Source of the DNA: a virus
Lineage: Duplodnaviria > Caudoviricetes
Strand: one strand, 5' to 3'
DNA: 64,000 bases
Virus record (IMG/VR): IMGVR_UViG_3300022555_000045
Location: 1 to 64,000 of that record
Made by a program: the position numbers and the translations under genes. Under the pieces are notes generated by a model that was not told where the DNA came from, did no database searches, and saw nothing but the letters and a program-made list of their open reading frames with translations. Positions 55,236 to 64,000 of the stretch are shown here, piece after piece; within the stretch, counting starts at the first letter, position 1, and the number at the start of each line of letters is the position of its first letter.

Positions 55236-58200
55236 ATGTTAAACCTGTCAGAAGCTCAGAACTACGTTAACGGCCGTGCTCAGATGTTCCGTCCTAGGGA
55301 TTCCTTAGGACGGTTTGTTGGTGGTGCCCAACCCAAACAATCAAAGTACGATGAGACTGTTGAACTTCAACAGATCAAATCAACGTTGCTCCGTCTTGAG
55401 AAACTGATGGGTAAGCAGGTTACTACTGCTACCTTGAATAAGGCAGGCTTGTCTCCTCTTGGCCCACTTAATACTCCAGCTAACGGTAACGCTCGCGCCA
55501 AACAGACGGCCAAAGAAGACAAAGACATTGCTGACAAGAAGCGTGACTTCATTGCCAACGAGCGTCGTGAACGTCGTGAAATTGACAAAGTTCGTCTTGA
55601 GAAGCGGGAAGTTATAGACCTTCGTAAAAACCGCAAAGAAGTTCACAAGGATTTCCAAGAGGTTGACAAGCGGTTAGATCAGATAATTAAACTGCTCAAT
55701 AACGCTAACGGTACGTCTATTCTCTCTACGGTTGAAAACTTACTTAAAGACGTAGTTGAAGGTTACTTGTTAAAGAAATTTTTTGATATGTTTAATAAGA
55801 ATAAGCCTACGAAGGAAGCTACTAAACCTACTAAGGCGGAACCTAAAGAAAAGCCTACTAAGACTGAACCTAATGAGAAGCCCTCTAAGAAGACAACTAC
55901 TCCAGAAGAAAGAACTAAAGGCGCTAAGCCACAAAAAGGTGGAATAGGCGAAAACTTAAAAACCTGGATGGCGTCTAAAGGATTCCTTGGTAACAAAGCT
56001 AAGGCAGAAGCTGAAGCTAAGATTGCCGGTGAAGTTGCTGAAAAGGCAGAACTAGACCGTTTAGCCAGAGAAAAAACCGCACTAGAAGCCAGGACCGAAG
56101 CTAATAATAAATTAGCAGAAGTAGCAGAACTTGATATTAAAGCCTCTAAGGAAGCTATAGAACTAGCCAAAGCTCGTGAAACCGAAATTACAAAAGAGCA
56201 AGAGGCTAACAAAGCTCGTGAGCAGGCTAAGACTTCCGGGCTTAAAGAAGACAATGCCGCTCTAGAAGCTAAAGAACGTGAACTGGACAAAGCTCGTGCT
56301 GATAGAAAAGCACTTGAGCTGAAGGCTGCTGACTCCAAAATCCAAGCCGAAAAGGCAAAAGCTGACACTGCCCGAGCTGAGTTAGCCGCTGCCGAACAAG
56401 AAGCACGCGTAGCTAAAGACAAGCAGAACAAAGTTGAAGCTGACGCAAAGGCTCAATTAGAAGCCTCTAAGAAACCTCCTACAGAGCCTGTTAAGCCTGT
56501 AGAAGAACCGCATGTTCCTACTAAAGGTCTTACTAGTGAAGAGCATGTTGGTGGTGTAGGTGGAGGTAAGGTAGCCGCTGTAGCGGCTGCAGCAACTATA
56601 GCGTTAACGGCACTTGGCCTTGCTAAGGAACAGTCCAAAGTAGATGATGAGCGTATTAACGGTGCTCTATCGGAAGAACAAGCTTTAGCTAAAAAACAAA
56701 AAAATCAGGCAGAAACTATTTCAGGGTTAATAAACGATGTTTCGGCATGGCAAGCTATAGAAATGGGATTAGCTGTTGCTATGGGGGCAGTAGGAACAGT
56801 AGCTGCTGCACCTGCTGTAGGTATAGGAGGAGTATCTGCTGCCGTCATCGGCGGCGGCGTAATTGCTGCAGGAATGGCTTATGATGTTGTGGCGCCGTCA
56901 TTAGGCTTGCCTACTATTACAGGCCCTATCACTAAAGGTTTTGAGGGTATTAAAGGTTTACTAGGGAAAGGTGATAACTCTGATAAACCTAAAGAAGGTG
57001 AAGTTACTACAGCAGTACCTGCTACTACAGGAACTCAAGCTGCACCTTCAGCTCCAGCGGCTCCTGTATCCGCTATACCAGTAGCGGAACCTACACTTGT
57101 ATCTTCTACGACTCCTGGTACAAGTAGTAAAGACAACAAGGCAACAACTCCTTCCCTCTGGGACAATATAAGTGGGTTTTTTGTATCAGAAGCTCACGCT
57201 GATACGTTACCTCCTGATTTTGATCCTAAGGCGCTTACAGCAGGTTCTACTCCTAGCAAGGAAGACATTAGTTTATTCAACTATTATTCTGATGGTATTA
57301 AGCAACTTGAAGTCTCTAAGATTATAAAGGAAAACGGTCTTATAGACAGTTGGAGCTTAGAGACTTGCTTAATTAAAGTAGAGCAAATCAAAGAGATAAT
57401 AAACCAGTTAAACGAGATTTTGACTTATTTTGACTCCCGTGTTGACGGGGACAGCCAAAGTTTAGCTAAGCGTACTGATAAACTAATTTACGCTTTTAAA
57501 GCACGCTTAGAGAGTATTAAAAAGAGGATAGAAGACTTAAAGAAATCCTCGGAAGCTACTGCAACAATTACGGCAGCGGCTGCTAAAGTTATAGACACTG
57601 TTGTAACAGTTGGTTCACAAGCTGCACCAGCAATCACCACTCCTGCCGTAATTTCTACCCCTACGGCAGAAAGCAAACCTTCTTCTATTTTAACTAGAGG
57701 CTTATCTTCAGCCGGAGCCTCTTTGGCAGCCGGAGCTACAGCAGTTGGTGATTTTATAATGCCTAGTGCTAACGCTAATGAGATAGGCGCTGTACCTCCT
57801 GTACCTATGGCAGGGAACGCTCCGTCTTCAACACCTCCTACAGCCCAACCTGCAATAGACCGAGCAATAGGAGTTAATCCGTCAGTAGCTGATCAAATAC
57901 CTTCTAGTAAACAACCTGTTGCTGCTACCCCTTCACAGCCTCCCCCGCCACCTCCTAGAGAGCAGCCTCCTACAGCCGGAGGTAATGAAGGCAGTTTATC
58001 GGCGTCTCTGTCTTCTACTTTAATTACTAATGTTAAAAAATTAGAGGGGTTTACCGCAGTAGCTGCAGCCGACTACAAACAACTATCTAATGGTTACGGT
58101 ACTAAATCTAGGTATCCTGGTGAAGAAATAGATAAAACTGAAGCAGAGAAGCGATTAAAAGAAGAGTTAGCTAAAGCCAAGTATTCAGTTTCTCATGCAG

Positions 58201-60632
58201 TAAATATAAGTGGTCTTCCTATTGGGGTAGTAGACGCATTAACTAGTATGACCTTCAATCTAGGTCCTGGTGCAATGAGTCAGTTGTACCAAACAGCAAA
58301 TGAGTGTGCTTCTACTGGAGACTATAAACCTTTAGCTGACCGTATGCAGCTTTACAATAAAGCCGGAGGCACTATAAACGGCGGGCTAGTTAAAAGGCGG
58401 AAAGAAGAAGCTTCTTGGTTTATGGGTGCTGGTTATGATCCAGGAACTTCCGAATCAGTAATGACTAGTCTAGGTAAAGGTGTACACTCTGCTGCTGCTG
58501 GTGTAGGTAGTGCTATAGGCACAGCAGTTGGTGCAGTTGGTGATTACATGTCACCTATTTTTAGCTCTATGCTGAGTGGTGCTAAAGATTTTACCTTAGC
58601 AGCTTTAGGCGATAATGCTGTTAAGGCTATGACTGATATGGGCATGAAGATTGAGACGGGGCGTAAAGATTATAACGCTCCTTTAGATAAGTGGGCTGCT
58701 AGCGGTCAGAAAAGGCAAAGTGCCGGTGGCGCAGGCGGAAGAAGTCGTATGCCTGCCTCTGTTGGTATGGATTCGTTTAATGCTCCTTCAGAAGCAAGTG
58801 CTGTAAGTGGAGGAGGTAGCGGTAGAACTATTTCTATGGGAGGTAACGGTATAGGGGATGGTACTCCGCCTGACAATATACCGTTGACAGAAATAAAAAC
58901 TAAGTCTGGCAAAACCGCTAAAGTGAACTCAGCCTATGCACCTAATTTCCAAGGTTTTATAAATGATTTAGAAGCTACAGGGTATCAAATAACCGATCTT
59001 GGTGGGTACTCTCCCAGAAAGAACGCTAATAACTCAAGTAGGTGGAGTACTCATGCTTGGGGTGCTGCTATTGATATAAATCCTGATCAAAGTCCTAATA
59101 GGTCTAAAACAACTGACTTGCCTCCGTCAACTGCCGAGTTGGCTGCTAAATGGGGGTTAGGATGGGGGATGAATTGGAAAAGTGTACAAGACCCAATGCA
59201 TTTTTCTTCAGCGTCTAGAGAAGGTGGCTCTGAGGCATCTGTAGCTAAAGGTCCAGGTACACAACCTCCTACTATGACTGCAGGTTCCAATCAACCTGCT
59301 ACTATGCCTACTCCACAAATTACTTCTCCTGGTAATATATCTTCTCCTGTAGCGGCACCTGCCTCTCCTCCTGCTACGTCGCCACCTACTTCTATTATTC
59401 CTAAAAACCCTGTTCAGCCAGTACCGCCAGTAGCTACCCCTTCACCTTCCACGCCTACCCCAGCAGCAACTACTGCTAAGCCATCAGGTCATACAGGTAC
59501 TATAACTACTGTTGCTCCTGCATCACAGTCGTCTAATACTCCTACTGCTGGTGGGCCAGCGTCAATACCTGCACCTTTAACTGACAAACAAATAGCTAAA
59601 CAAAAATTTGACGCTATAGGTAAAGATACTACCGCTAAATTAGAGGCTTTAACAGCTAAAGGTGCTGGTATACTTGAGGCAGCCAAAGAAGGTAAAATTT
59701 CTATGGCTGACGCACATAAACAAATGGATAGTATATCTGCTCAACACGCTGCTATTGAAAAAGGTGCTAAAGAACAGCAATCTGCTATTGTTAGAGATTT
59801 TACCTCTAAGCATCCTGAAGCTACACCAGCACCAAGCACACCTCCAACTTCTTCTGCTCCGGCAGTTACAACAGGCTCTAGCAGAGGTTTATCAAGCGGT
59901 GCTCCTTCTGCTCCAGCGGCAACTACGCCTACAGGATCAGTTACAGGTACTCCTATTTCACGGTCTACTGGTTTACCTATGCATGTTGATGACAAAGGTA
60001 GCTTAACCTCAGCACCTACTGCTACACCAGCACCAGCAGGCAAGAGTTTAGGAGACCTTAGTAAAACGGCTGCTCAGAATCGAGCGGACAATAACGCCGC
60101 AGCTAAAGCTAAGTCAGAGGCTACTCAAGCACCGGCTACATCTCCAGCTTCTACAGCAGCAGGTTCGCCTAGCTTACAAGCTCAAGACGCCGCGACTAAA
60201 CAGTCGTTTCAAGCAGCTTTTGATAAAGCTCCTAAAACTGAGGCTGGTAAAGCAGCAGAAGCTCAGCAGGCCGAGGGGTTAAAACAAGAGCTAGCTAAAG
60301 CTCAAGCAGCTAAGGCTCCTGAAGCTCAAGCACAAGCTCAACAAAACGCAACCGAAGCTCAAATGACTCCGGAACAACGGTCTGCTGCCGGATTACGTCC
60401 AAGTTTTGGAAAAGCAAAGCCTGCTGCAGGAACTTCTACTCCTACACCGCCAACGAGTCAACCTCGAGACACGCTACAAGAAAAAGCACCTCCACCTCCA
60501 GCACCTCCACCTCCAGCACCTAAAGTAGTACCTCCAGCACCATCACCCTCGGTTGGTCCTACAGTAGACCCTAAGGACATTAACTTTCATCCCTCTGATG
60601 CTGATCATAATACTCCTCAACAGCACTCTTAA
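55236..60632 (+). CDS. tape-measure-like tail protein with lysozyme (GH24-like) and M15-type peptidase domains
   Basis: Coiled-coil N-terminus; KKLEGF...NGYGT...FNLG...GLVKRRKEE; GGYSPR...STHAWGAAIDIN...DPMHF. Confidence 0.8.
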   Translation: MLNLSEAQNYVNGRAQMFRPRDSLGRFVGGAQPKQSKYDETVELQQIKSTLLRLEKLMGKQVTTATLNKAGLSPLGPLNTPANGNARAKQTAKEDKDIADKKRDFIANERRERREIDKVRLEKREVIDLRKNRKEVHKDFQEVDKRLDQIIKLLNNANGTSILSTVENLLKDVVEGYLLKKFFDMFNKNKPTKEATKPTKAEPKEKPTKTEPNEKPSKKTTTPEERTKGAKPQKGGIGENLKTWMASKGFLGNKAKAEAEAKIAGEVAEKAELDRLAREKTALEARTEANNKLAEVAELDIKASKEAIELAKARETEITKEQEANKAREQAKTSGLKEDNAALEAKERELDKARADRKALELKAADSKIQAEKAKADTARAELAAAEQEARVAKDKQNKVEADAKAQLEASKKPPTEPVKPVEEPHVPTKGLTSEEHVGGVGGGKVAAVAAAATIALTALGLAKEQSKVDDERINGALSEEQALAKKQKNQAETISGLINDVSAWQAIEMGLAVAMGAVGTVAAAPAVGIGGVSAAVIGGGVIAAGMAYDVVAPSLGLPTITGPITKGFEGIKGLLGKGDNSDKPKEGEVTTAVPATTGTQAAPSAPAAPVSAIPVAEPTLVSSTTPGTSSKDNKATTPSLWDNISGFFVSEAHADTLPPDFDPKALTAGSTPSKEDISLFNYYSDGIKQLEVSKIIKENGLIDSWSLETCLIKVEQIKEIINQLNEILTYFDSRVDGDSQSLAKRTDKLIYAFKARLESIKKRIEDLKKSSEATATITAAAAKVIDTVVTVGSQAAPAITTPAVISTPTAESKPSSILTRGLSSAGASLAAGATAVGDFIMPSANANEIGAVPPVPMAGNAPSSTPPTAQPAIDRAIGVNPSVADQIPSSKQPVAATPSQPPPPPPREQPPTAGGNEGSLSASLSSTLITNVKKLEGFTAVAAADYKQLSNGYGTKSRYPGEEIDKTEAEKRLKEELAKAKYSVSHAVNISGLPIGVVDALTSMTFNLGPGAMSQLYQTANECASTGDYKPLADRMQLYNKAGGTINGGLVKRRKEEASWFMGAGYDPGTSESVMTSLGKGVHSAAAGVGSAIGTAVGAVGDYMSPIFSSMLSGAKDFTLAALGDNAVKAMTDMGMKIETGRKDYNAPLDKWAASGQKRQSAGGAGGRSRMPASVGMDSFNAPSEASAVSGGGSGRTISMGGNGIGDGTPPDNIPLTEIKTKSGKTAKVNSAYAPNFQGFINDLEATGYQITDLGGYSPRKNANNSSRWSTHAWGAAIDINPDQSPNRSKTTDLPPSTAELAAKWGLGWGMNWKSVQDPMHFSSASREGGSEASVAKGPGTQPPTMTAGSNQPATMPTPQITSPGNISSPVAAPASPPATSPPTSIIPKNPVQPVPPVATPSPSTPTPAATTAKPSGHTGTITTVAPASQSSNTPTAGGPASIPAPLTDKQIAKQKFDAIGKDTTAKLEALTAKGAGILEAAKEGKISMADAHKQMDSISAQHAAIEKGAKEQQSAIVRDFTSKHPEATPAPSTPPTSSAPAVTTGSSRGLSSGAPSAPAATTPTGSVTGTPISRSTGLPMHVDDKGSLTSAPTATPAPAGKSLGDLSKTAAQNRADNNAAAKAKSEATQAPATSPASTAAGSPSLQAQDAATKQSFQAAFDKAPKTEAGKAAEAQQAEGLKQELAKAQAAKAPEAQAQAQQNATEAQMTPEQRSAAGLRPSFGKAKPAAGTSTPTPPTSQPRDTLQEKAPPPPAPPPPAPKVVPPAPSPSVGPTVDPKDINFHPSDADHNTPQQHS

Positions 60633-60654
60633 TTCTTAGTAAAGGTACCCTTCC

Positions 60655-61335
60655 ATGGTTACTACTCCTAGTATGACTTCTCCAGAGTACTCCTCTCTTG
60701 ACTCTTACATAGTAATAATTACAGCTAATGGGGATAATCCTGCCTTTGCTGGAGTAGGTGGGCATATTAAAGCATGGATGCCGGAGAGCTTACAACTTAG
60801 TCTATCTGCTCAGTATGAGACTACGTTAGGAGGAGGTATATCCGATGCCGCTGTTGGTAGTGTAGGACAAGTGGCTGGTGGTCTAGCTAGAGGAGCTAAT
60901 GGTGGTACAATAGGTGGTATGACGGGACAACCTGTAGGTATTCAGCAAATGTCCCTTCAAACCTGGAAGAGTAGCGATCCTATTAGGCTTACATTATCTC
61001 TAGTTTTTATGGCTATAGAAGACCCTATGGAAGAGGTAATGAAGCCTGCTGTTGCACTAATGAGTACTATTCTACCTAAGGGTACTAATGTAGGTGGGGC
61101 TATAATATTAGAAGCTCCTGGTCCCACCTACAACGATTCTAAACGTGGAACGTATCAAATTCAGTACGGAGATATCATGAATATCCCCAACGCTATCATA
61201 AACTCAGTTAATTTAGTAGCTGACAGTCTAATTTACGATAGTGGTAAGTTAATAGGCTGCACAGTGGATGTTAGTGTTGAAACTTCTATGATTACTACGA
61301 TTCAAGACTTTTTACAGATATTCATGATTAATTAA
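60655..61335 (+). CDS. probable baseplate/tube-initiator protein
   Basis: Position after TMP; WKSSDPIRLTLSL...CTVDVSVET tube-fold-like pattern. Confidence 0.6.
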   Translation: MVTTPSMTSPEYSSLDSYIVIITANGDNPAFAGVGGHIKAWMPESLQLSLSAQYETTLGGGISDAAVGSVGQVAGGLARGANGGTIGGMTGQPVGIQQMSLQTWKSSDPIRLTLSLVFMAIEDPMEEVMKPAVALMSTILPKGTNVGGAIILEAPGPTYNDSKRGTYQIQYGDIMNIPNAIINSVNLVADSLIYDSGKLIGCTVDVSVETSMITTIQDFLQIFMIN

Positions 61336-61349
61336 AAAGGGGCATTACT

Positions 61350-61724
61350 ATGGCTGCAATGTCAACTTTTTACAGGTCTAACTACGCTAGGTCAACTTTT
61401 GCAGCAACTATTACAATGATTAACAAGTTTCAGTCAGAGAACCAGATTGACTTGTTAAACCCTAAGATTGTTAAACTATTTGACTACATCACAAACTATA
61501 ATACTCATGTGTATCAAGCTCATGAGAAAATAGTGACGCTATCTTACAATTACTACGGTACCACTAGTCTGTGGTGGTTAATTATTCTAGCCTCTGGTCA
61601 AATCCACCCCTACGAGATACAGCCAGGGACCACCTTACTGCTGCCGTTTCTCAATCAGGTATCTGACGGTATAAACGCACTAAACGCCGCAAACAATACT
61701 GTATCAAAAGTAGTCATGATCTAA
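61350..61724 (+). CDS. LysM-like baseplate protein (T4 gp53 / P2 gpX type)
   Basis: LSYNYYGTTSLWWLIILAS...IQPGTTLLLP. Confidence 0.8.
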   Translation: MAAMSTFYRSNYARSTFAATITMINKFQSENQIDLLNPKIVKLFDYITNYNTHVYQAHEKIVTLSYNYYGTTSLWWLIILASGQIHPYEIQPGTTLLLPFLNQVSDGINALNAANNTVSKVVMI

Positions 61725-61853
61725 CAATCGTGTACCATGATCTAACAATCGTGTACCATGATCTAACAATCGTGTACCATGATCTAACAATCGTGTACCA
61801 TGATCTAACAATCGTGTACCATGATCTAACAATCGTGTACCATGATCTAACAA
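61715..61853 (+). repeat. perfect 21-nt tandem repeat, 6 full copies plus a 13-nt partial
   Basis: Unit CATGATCTAACAATCGTGTAC; the first copy contains the stop codon of 61350..61724. Confidence 0.97.
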
Positions 61854-61884
61854 CCTAACAACCTAAAAATAAAGGTTAACTACG

Positions 61885-63042
61885 ATGTTTATCGTTAAAG
61901 ATACTGCCAAAGTTGACATAACCATTGACTCTGATGATAACCAGTTACAGATGACTTTAGGCAATCTTAAACATTGTATTATTGTGGACAACATTCAGTA
62001 TCTAGTCCCTATGATTGACATGCGGTTTATTGACGCTACTGGTGTTACTATTAAAGATGTTACTATTGGTGACGGTACGGTAATGCAAGTAGGTATAGGT
62101 AAAGATACTGACTCTGGCACCTTCCTGAAAAAGCTGTACCGTATTTCCTCGGTTAAGGAACACTCTCAAGTACCTGCTGGTTTAATGTACCGGGTAATAG
62201 GTGTTCTTGATGAGTATAAGTACATGCGCGGTCAGGTACAGAAGTCTTATGGTAACATGACCTCTTCAGACGCAATACAGCAAGCAGCTACCGACGCTGG
62301 TATAACTAACATTGTGTTACCTGACACTACCCCTAACGATAAAATGAATTGGCTGCCTGCTGGTAAAAGTTACGGTAATTTTTGTCACCACGTTGCTAAC
62401 CACGGTTGGATTGATGACAAATCTTGCATGGTTTTAGGAGTAAGCTCTGATACGCAAGAGACTCAACTATCCTACTTAGATATGACTATTCAAGCCCAAA
62501 AGTCACCTACTGCAACTTTTGCTAACAATCCAAGCGACGGTGAGATACGCGTTCATCATTTTGAGATGAAGAATCTGGGCGGAATGATGAATAGCTTCGT
62601 TAACTACGGACATGTTGCTACTGAAGAGAGTATCTACGGGTCTAATACCTATACCCAAACAGCAGCCACTAAAACAAGCACATTCATTAACATTAACGAA
62701 AGTGTAAAAGGTGACGTTGGTAACACGCGCCGAACCTTTTTACCCTTGAACTGTGGCAACGTTAGTGAAAAGTACACGGTAGCTAAGTATCAGAATGATA
62801 AACTTTTAGCCTCTTACTCCTACATCCTAGTAGTTATTGTGTCTACGTTTACAAGTGTAAAACTGTTTGACGTGGTTAAAGTCCGTATCGCAGACATCAA
62901 CAATAATGACAGCCGTCAAGATGTTTCTGGTATCTACGTAGTAGCGGCTAAGATAAAAATTATAGCTAATAATACGTACTACGAAAAGTTCCGCCTTGTA
63001 TCAACTGGTCCTAACCAGAACGTATCCAACGAGTTCTTTTAG
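61885..63042 (+). CDS. baseplate hub protein (gp27/gpD-like)
   Basis: 385 aa between the LysM-like and spike genes; SGIYVVAAKIK C-terminus. Confidence 0.7.
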   Translation: MFIVKDTAKVDITIDSDDNQLQMTLGNLKHCIIVDNIQYLVPMIDMRFIDATGVTIKDVTIGDGTVMQVGIGKDTDSGTFLKKLYRISSVKEHSQVPAGLMYRVIGVLDEYKYMRGQVQKSYGNMTSSDAIQQAATDAGITNIVLPDTTPNDKMNWLPAGKSYGNFCHHVANHGWIDDKSCMVLGVSSDTQETQLSYLDMTIQAQKSPTATFANNPSDGEIRVHHFEMKNLGGMMNSFVNYGHVATEESIYGSNTYTQTAATKTSTFININESVKGDVGNTRRTFLPLNCGNVSEKYTVAKYQNDKLLASYSYILVVIVSTFTSVKLFDVVKVRIADINNNDSRQDVSGIYVVAAKIKIIANNTYYEKFRLVSTGPNQNVSNEFF

Positions 63043-63140
63043 ACTGATACTCCTACTCTCCGATAGCTCCCTGATAACCACGACTAGCCCCTAACTAACG
63101 GCCACTGCTCTGACCTTTCTGTTAAAGAGGACTATCTACC

Positions 63141-63902
63141 ATGGCCTTATTCGTTACTCAGTCCAAGATACAACCTGAGAGCTTTAAAGGTAAGATGTTT
63201 GTTGGTATCGTTGTTGATAACAATGACAATAACGATCCTAATAAACCTAAAGATAAACCACCTCTACAACGGTGTAAGGTTAGGTGTCGAGGGGTCCATG
63301 AAGGCATGGATGACGCGTCTCTACCTTGGGCTATGAAAGGTCAGCACGCCGGAGGGGATCAGAACAAGGTAGATGTTCCTCCTTTAGGTACTGAGGTTAT
63401 GATTGAGTTTCAGGATGACACAATATATCATCCTATTTGGCACGGGTCAAGACAAACTTACGATAATGCTAATCCAGAGTTAACTAGTACAAACTATCCT
63501 AACCAGATAGGAGAAATCGACCGTTCTGGTAATAAGTTTGTACGAGATACTAAGACCGATGCTTGGGAATTTACTCACGTTAGTGGAAGTCAAATAACCT
63601 TTGACGGTTTTGGTCACATTAAGTTGGTAGTAGCTGACGGCAAAGTAGGCCCTGACGCTACTACCACTGTACCTAAAGGCATAACTATTGAAATACAAGG
63701 TCCTTGTAGCATACTTGCTAAAGAAGACATAAACATAAAGACACAAGGAACTACAAACATCGAAGCTGTTGGTCAAGTTAACATTAGAGCTGCTAAAATC
63801 AACTTGAACGATCAAGGCCCTAATGTATCAGCGCCTGCTGTGCCACCAGCTAGAACTAGACCTAAAGAGACTCCGTTCTTGAATCAAATCAACTACGCGT
63901 AG
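63141..63902 (+). CDS. baseplate central spike (gp5/gpV-like OB fold plus beta-helix)
   Basis: GIVVDNND...RCKVRC...LPWA...VPPLGTEVMIEF...HPIWHG; IRAAKINLN. Confidence 0.85.
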   Translation: MALFVTQSKIQPESFKGKMFVGIVVDNNDNNDPNKPKDKPPLQRCKVRCRGVHEGMDDASLPWAMKGQHAGGDQNKVDVPPLGTEVMIEFQDDTIYHPIWHGSRQTYDNANPELTSTNYPNQIGEIDRSGNKFVRDTKTDAWEFTHVSGSQITFDGFGHIKLVVADGKVGPDATTTVPKGITIEIQGPCSILAKEDINIKTQGTTNIEAVGQVNIRAAKINLNDQGPNVSAPAVPPARTRPKETPFLNQINYA

Positions 63903-63910
63903 GGTCAGCC

Positions 63911-64000
63911 ATGGCTACTTTTCAACCTCCTCAAATAATGCCTGCTGCTAACGCTACTTTTCTTTACTACACAGATATCAATTTTCAGTATGGTGTAGGA
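63911..64000 (+). CDS. partial ORF running off the window, possibly gp25-like wedge protein
   Basis: ATG at 63911, MATFQPPQIMPAANATFLYYTDINFQYGVG; identity rests on position only. Confidence 0.45.
   Translation, partial: MATFQPPQIMPAANATFLYYTDINFQYGVG

Noticed and set aside
55367-60043. Many antisense ORFs within the tape-measure-like gene
   Set aside because: Shadow ORFs of low-complexity Ala/Pro/Lys-rich sense sequence.
61715-61853. 21-nt array as a CRISPR array
   Set aside because: Units are head-to-tail with no spacers and no cas genes are present.
1-64000. Stop-codon reassignment (alternative genetic code)
   Set aside because: Core genes are full length in code 11, TAA/TAG/TGA all terminate genes, and the only tRNA is a sense tRNA-Tyr.

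Overview
This window is part of a large tailed-phage (myovirus-type, probably jumbo) genome read in the standard genetic code. From about 0.7 to 13 kb it holds early/accessory genes: two DNA methyltransferases (one frameshifted), a DHH phosphoesterase, an orphan HicB, a GGQ-less release-factor-like peptide and a UvrD-like helicase. From 13 to 64 kb it holds an almost complete morphogenesis module: terminase, portal, internal head proteins, prohead protease, scaffold, capsid, neck, sheath, tube, tail chaperones, a tape-measure/lysin protein and baseplate genes. The module is heavily parasitised by nucleases: LAGLIDADG inteins in both terminase and portal, four free-standing endonuclease genes, an IscB with upstream omegaRNA whose RuvC site looks inactivated, and (at the window start) the right end of a probable TnpB-type IS200/IS605 element. 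The strongest leads are: (1) the RuvC-dead, HNH-intact IscB/omegaRNA sitting behind a recurrent phage promoter-like motif, with an RBS-like guide; (2) two small stand-alone proteins upstream of the portal gene that copy a short portal segment next to the intein site; (3) a recurrent intergenic motif AATCT(T)AATTTT, probably a late promoter; (4) a recurrent V-x-A motif, probably the prohead-protease cleavage site. All annotations come from manual motif recognition and hand alignment; no database search was run.
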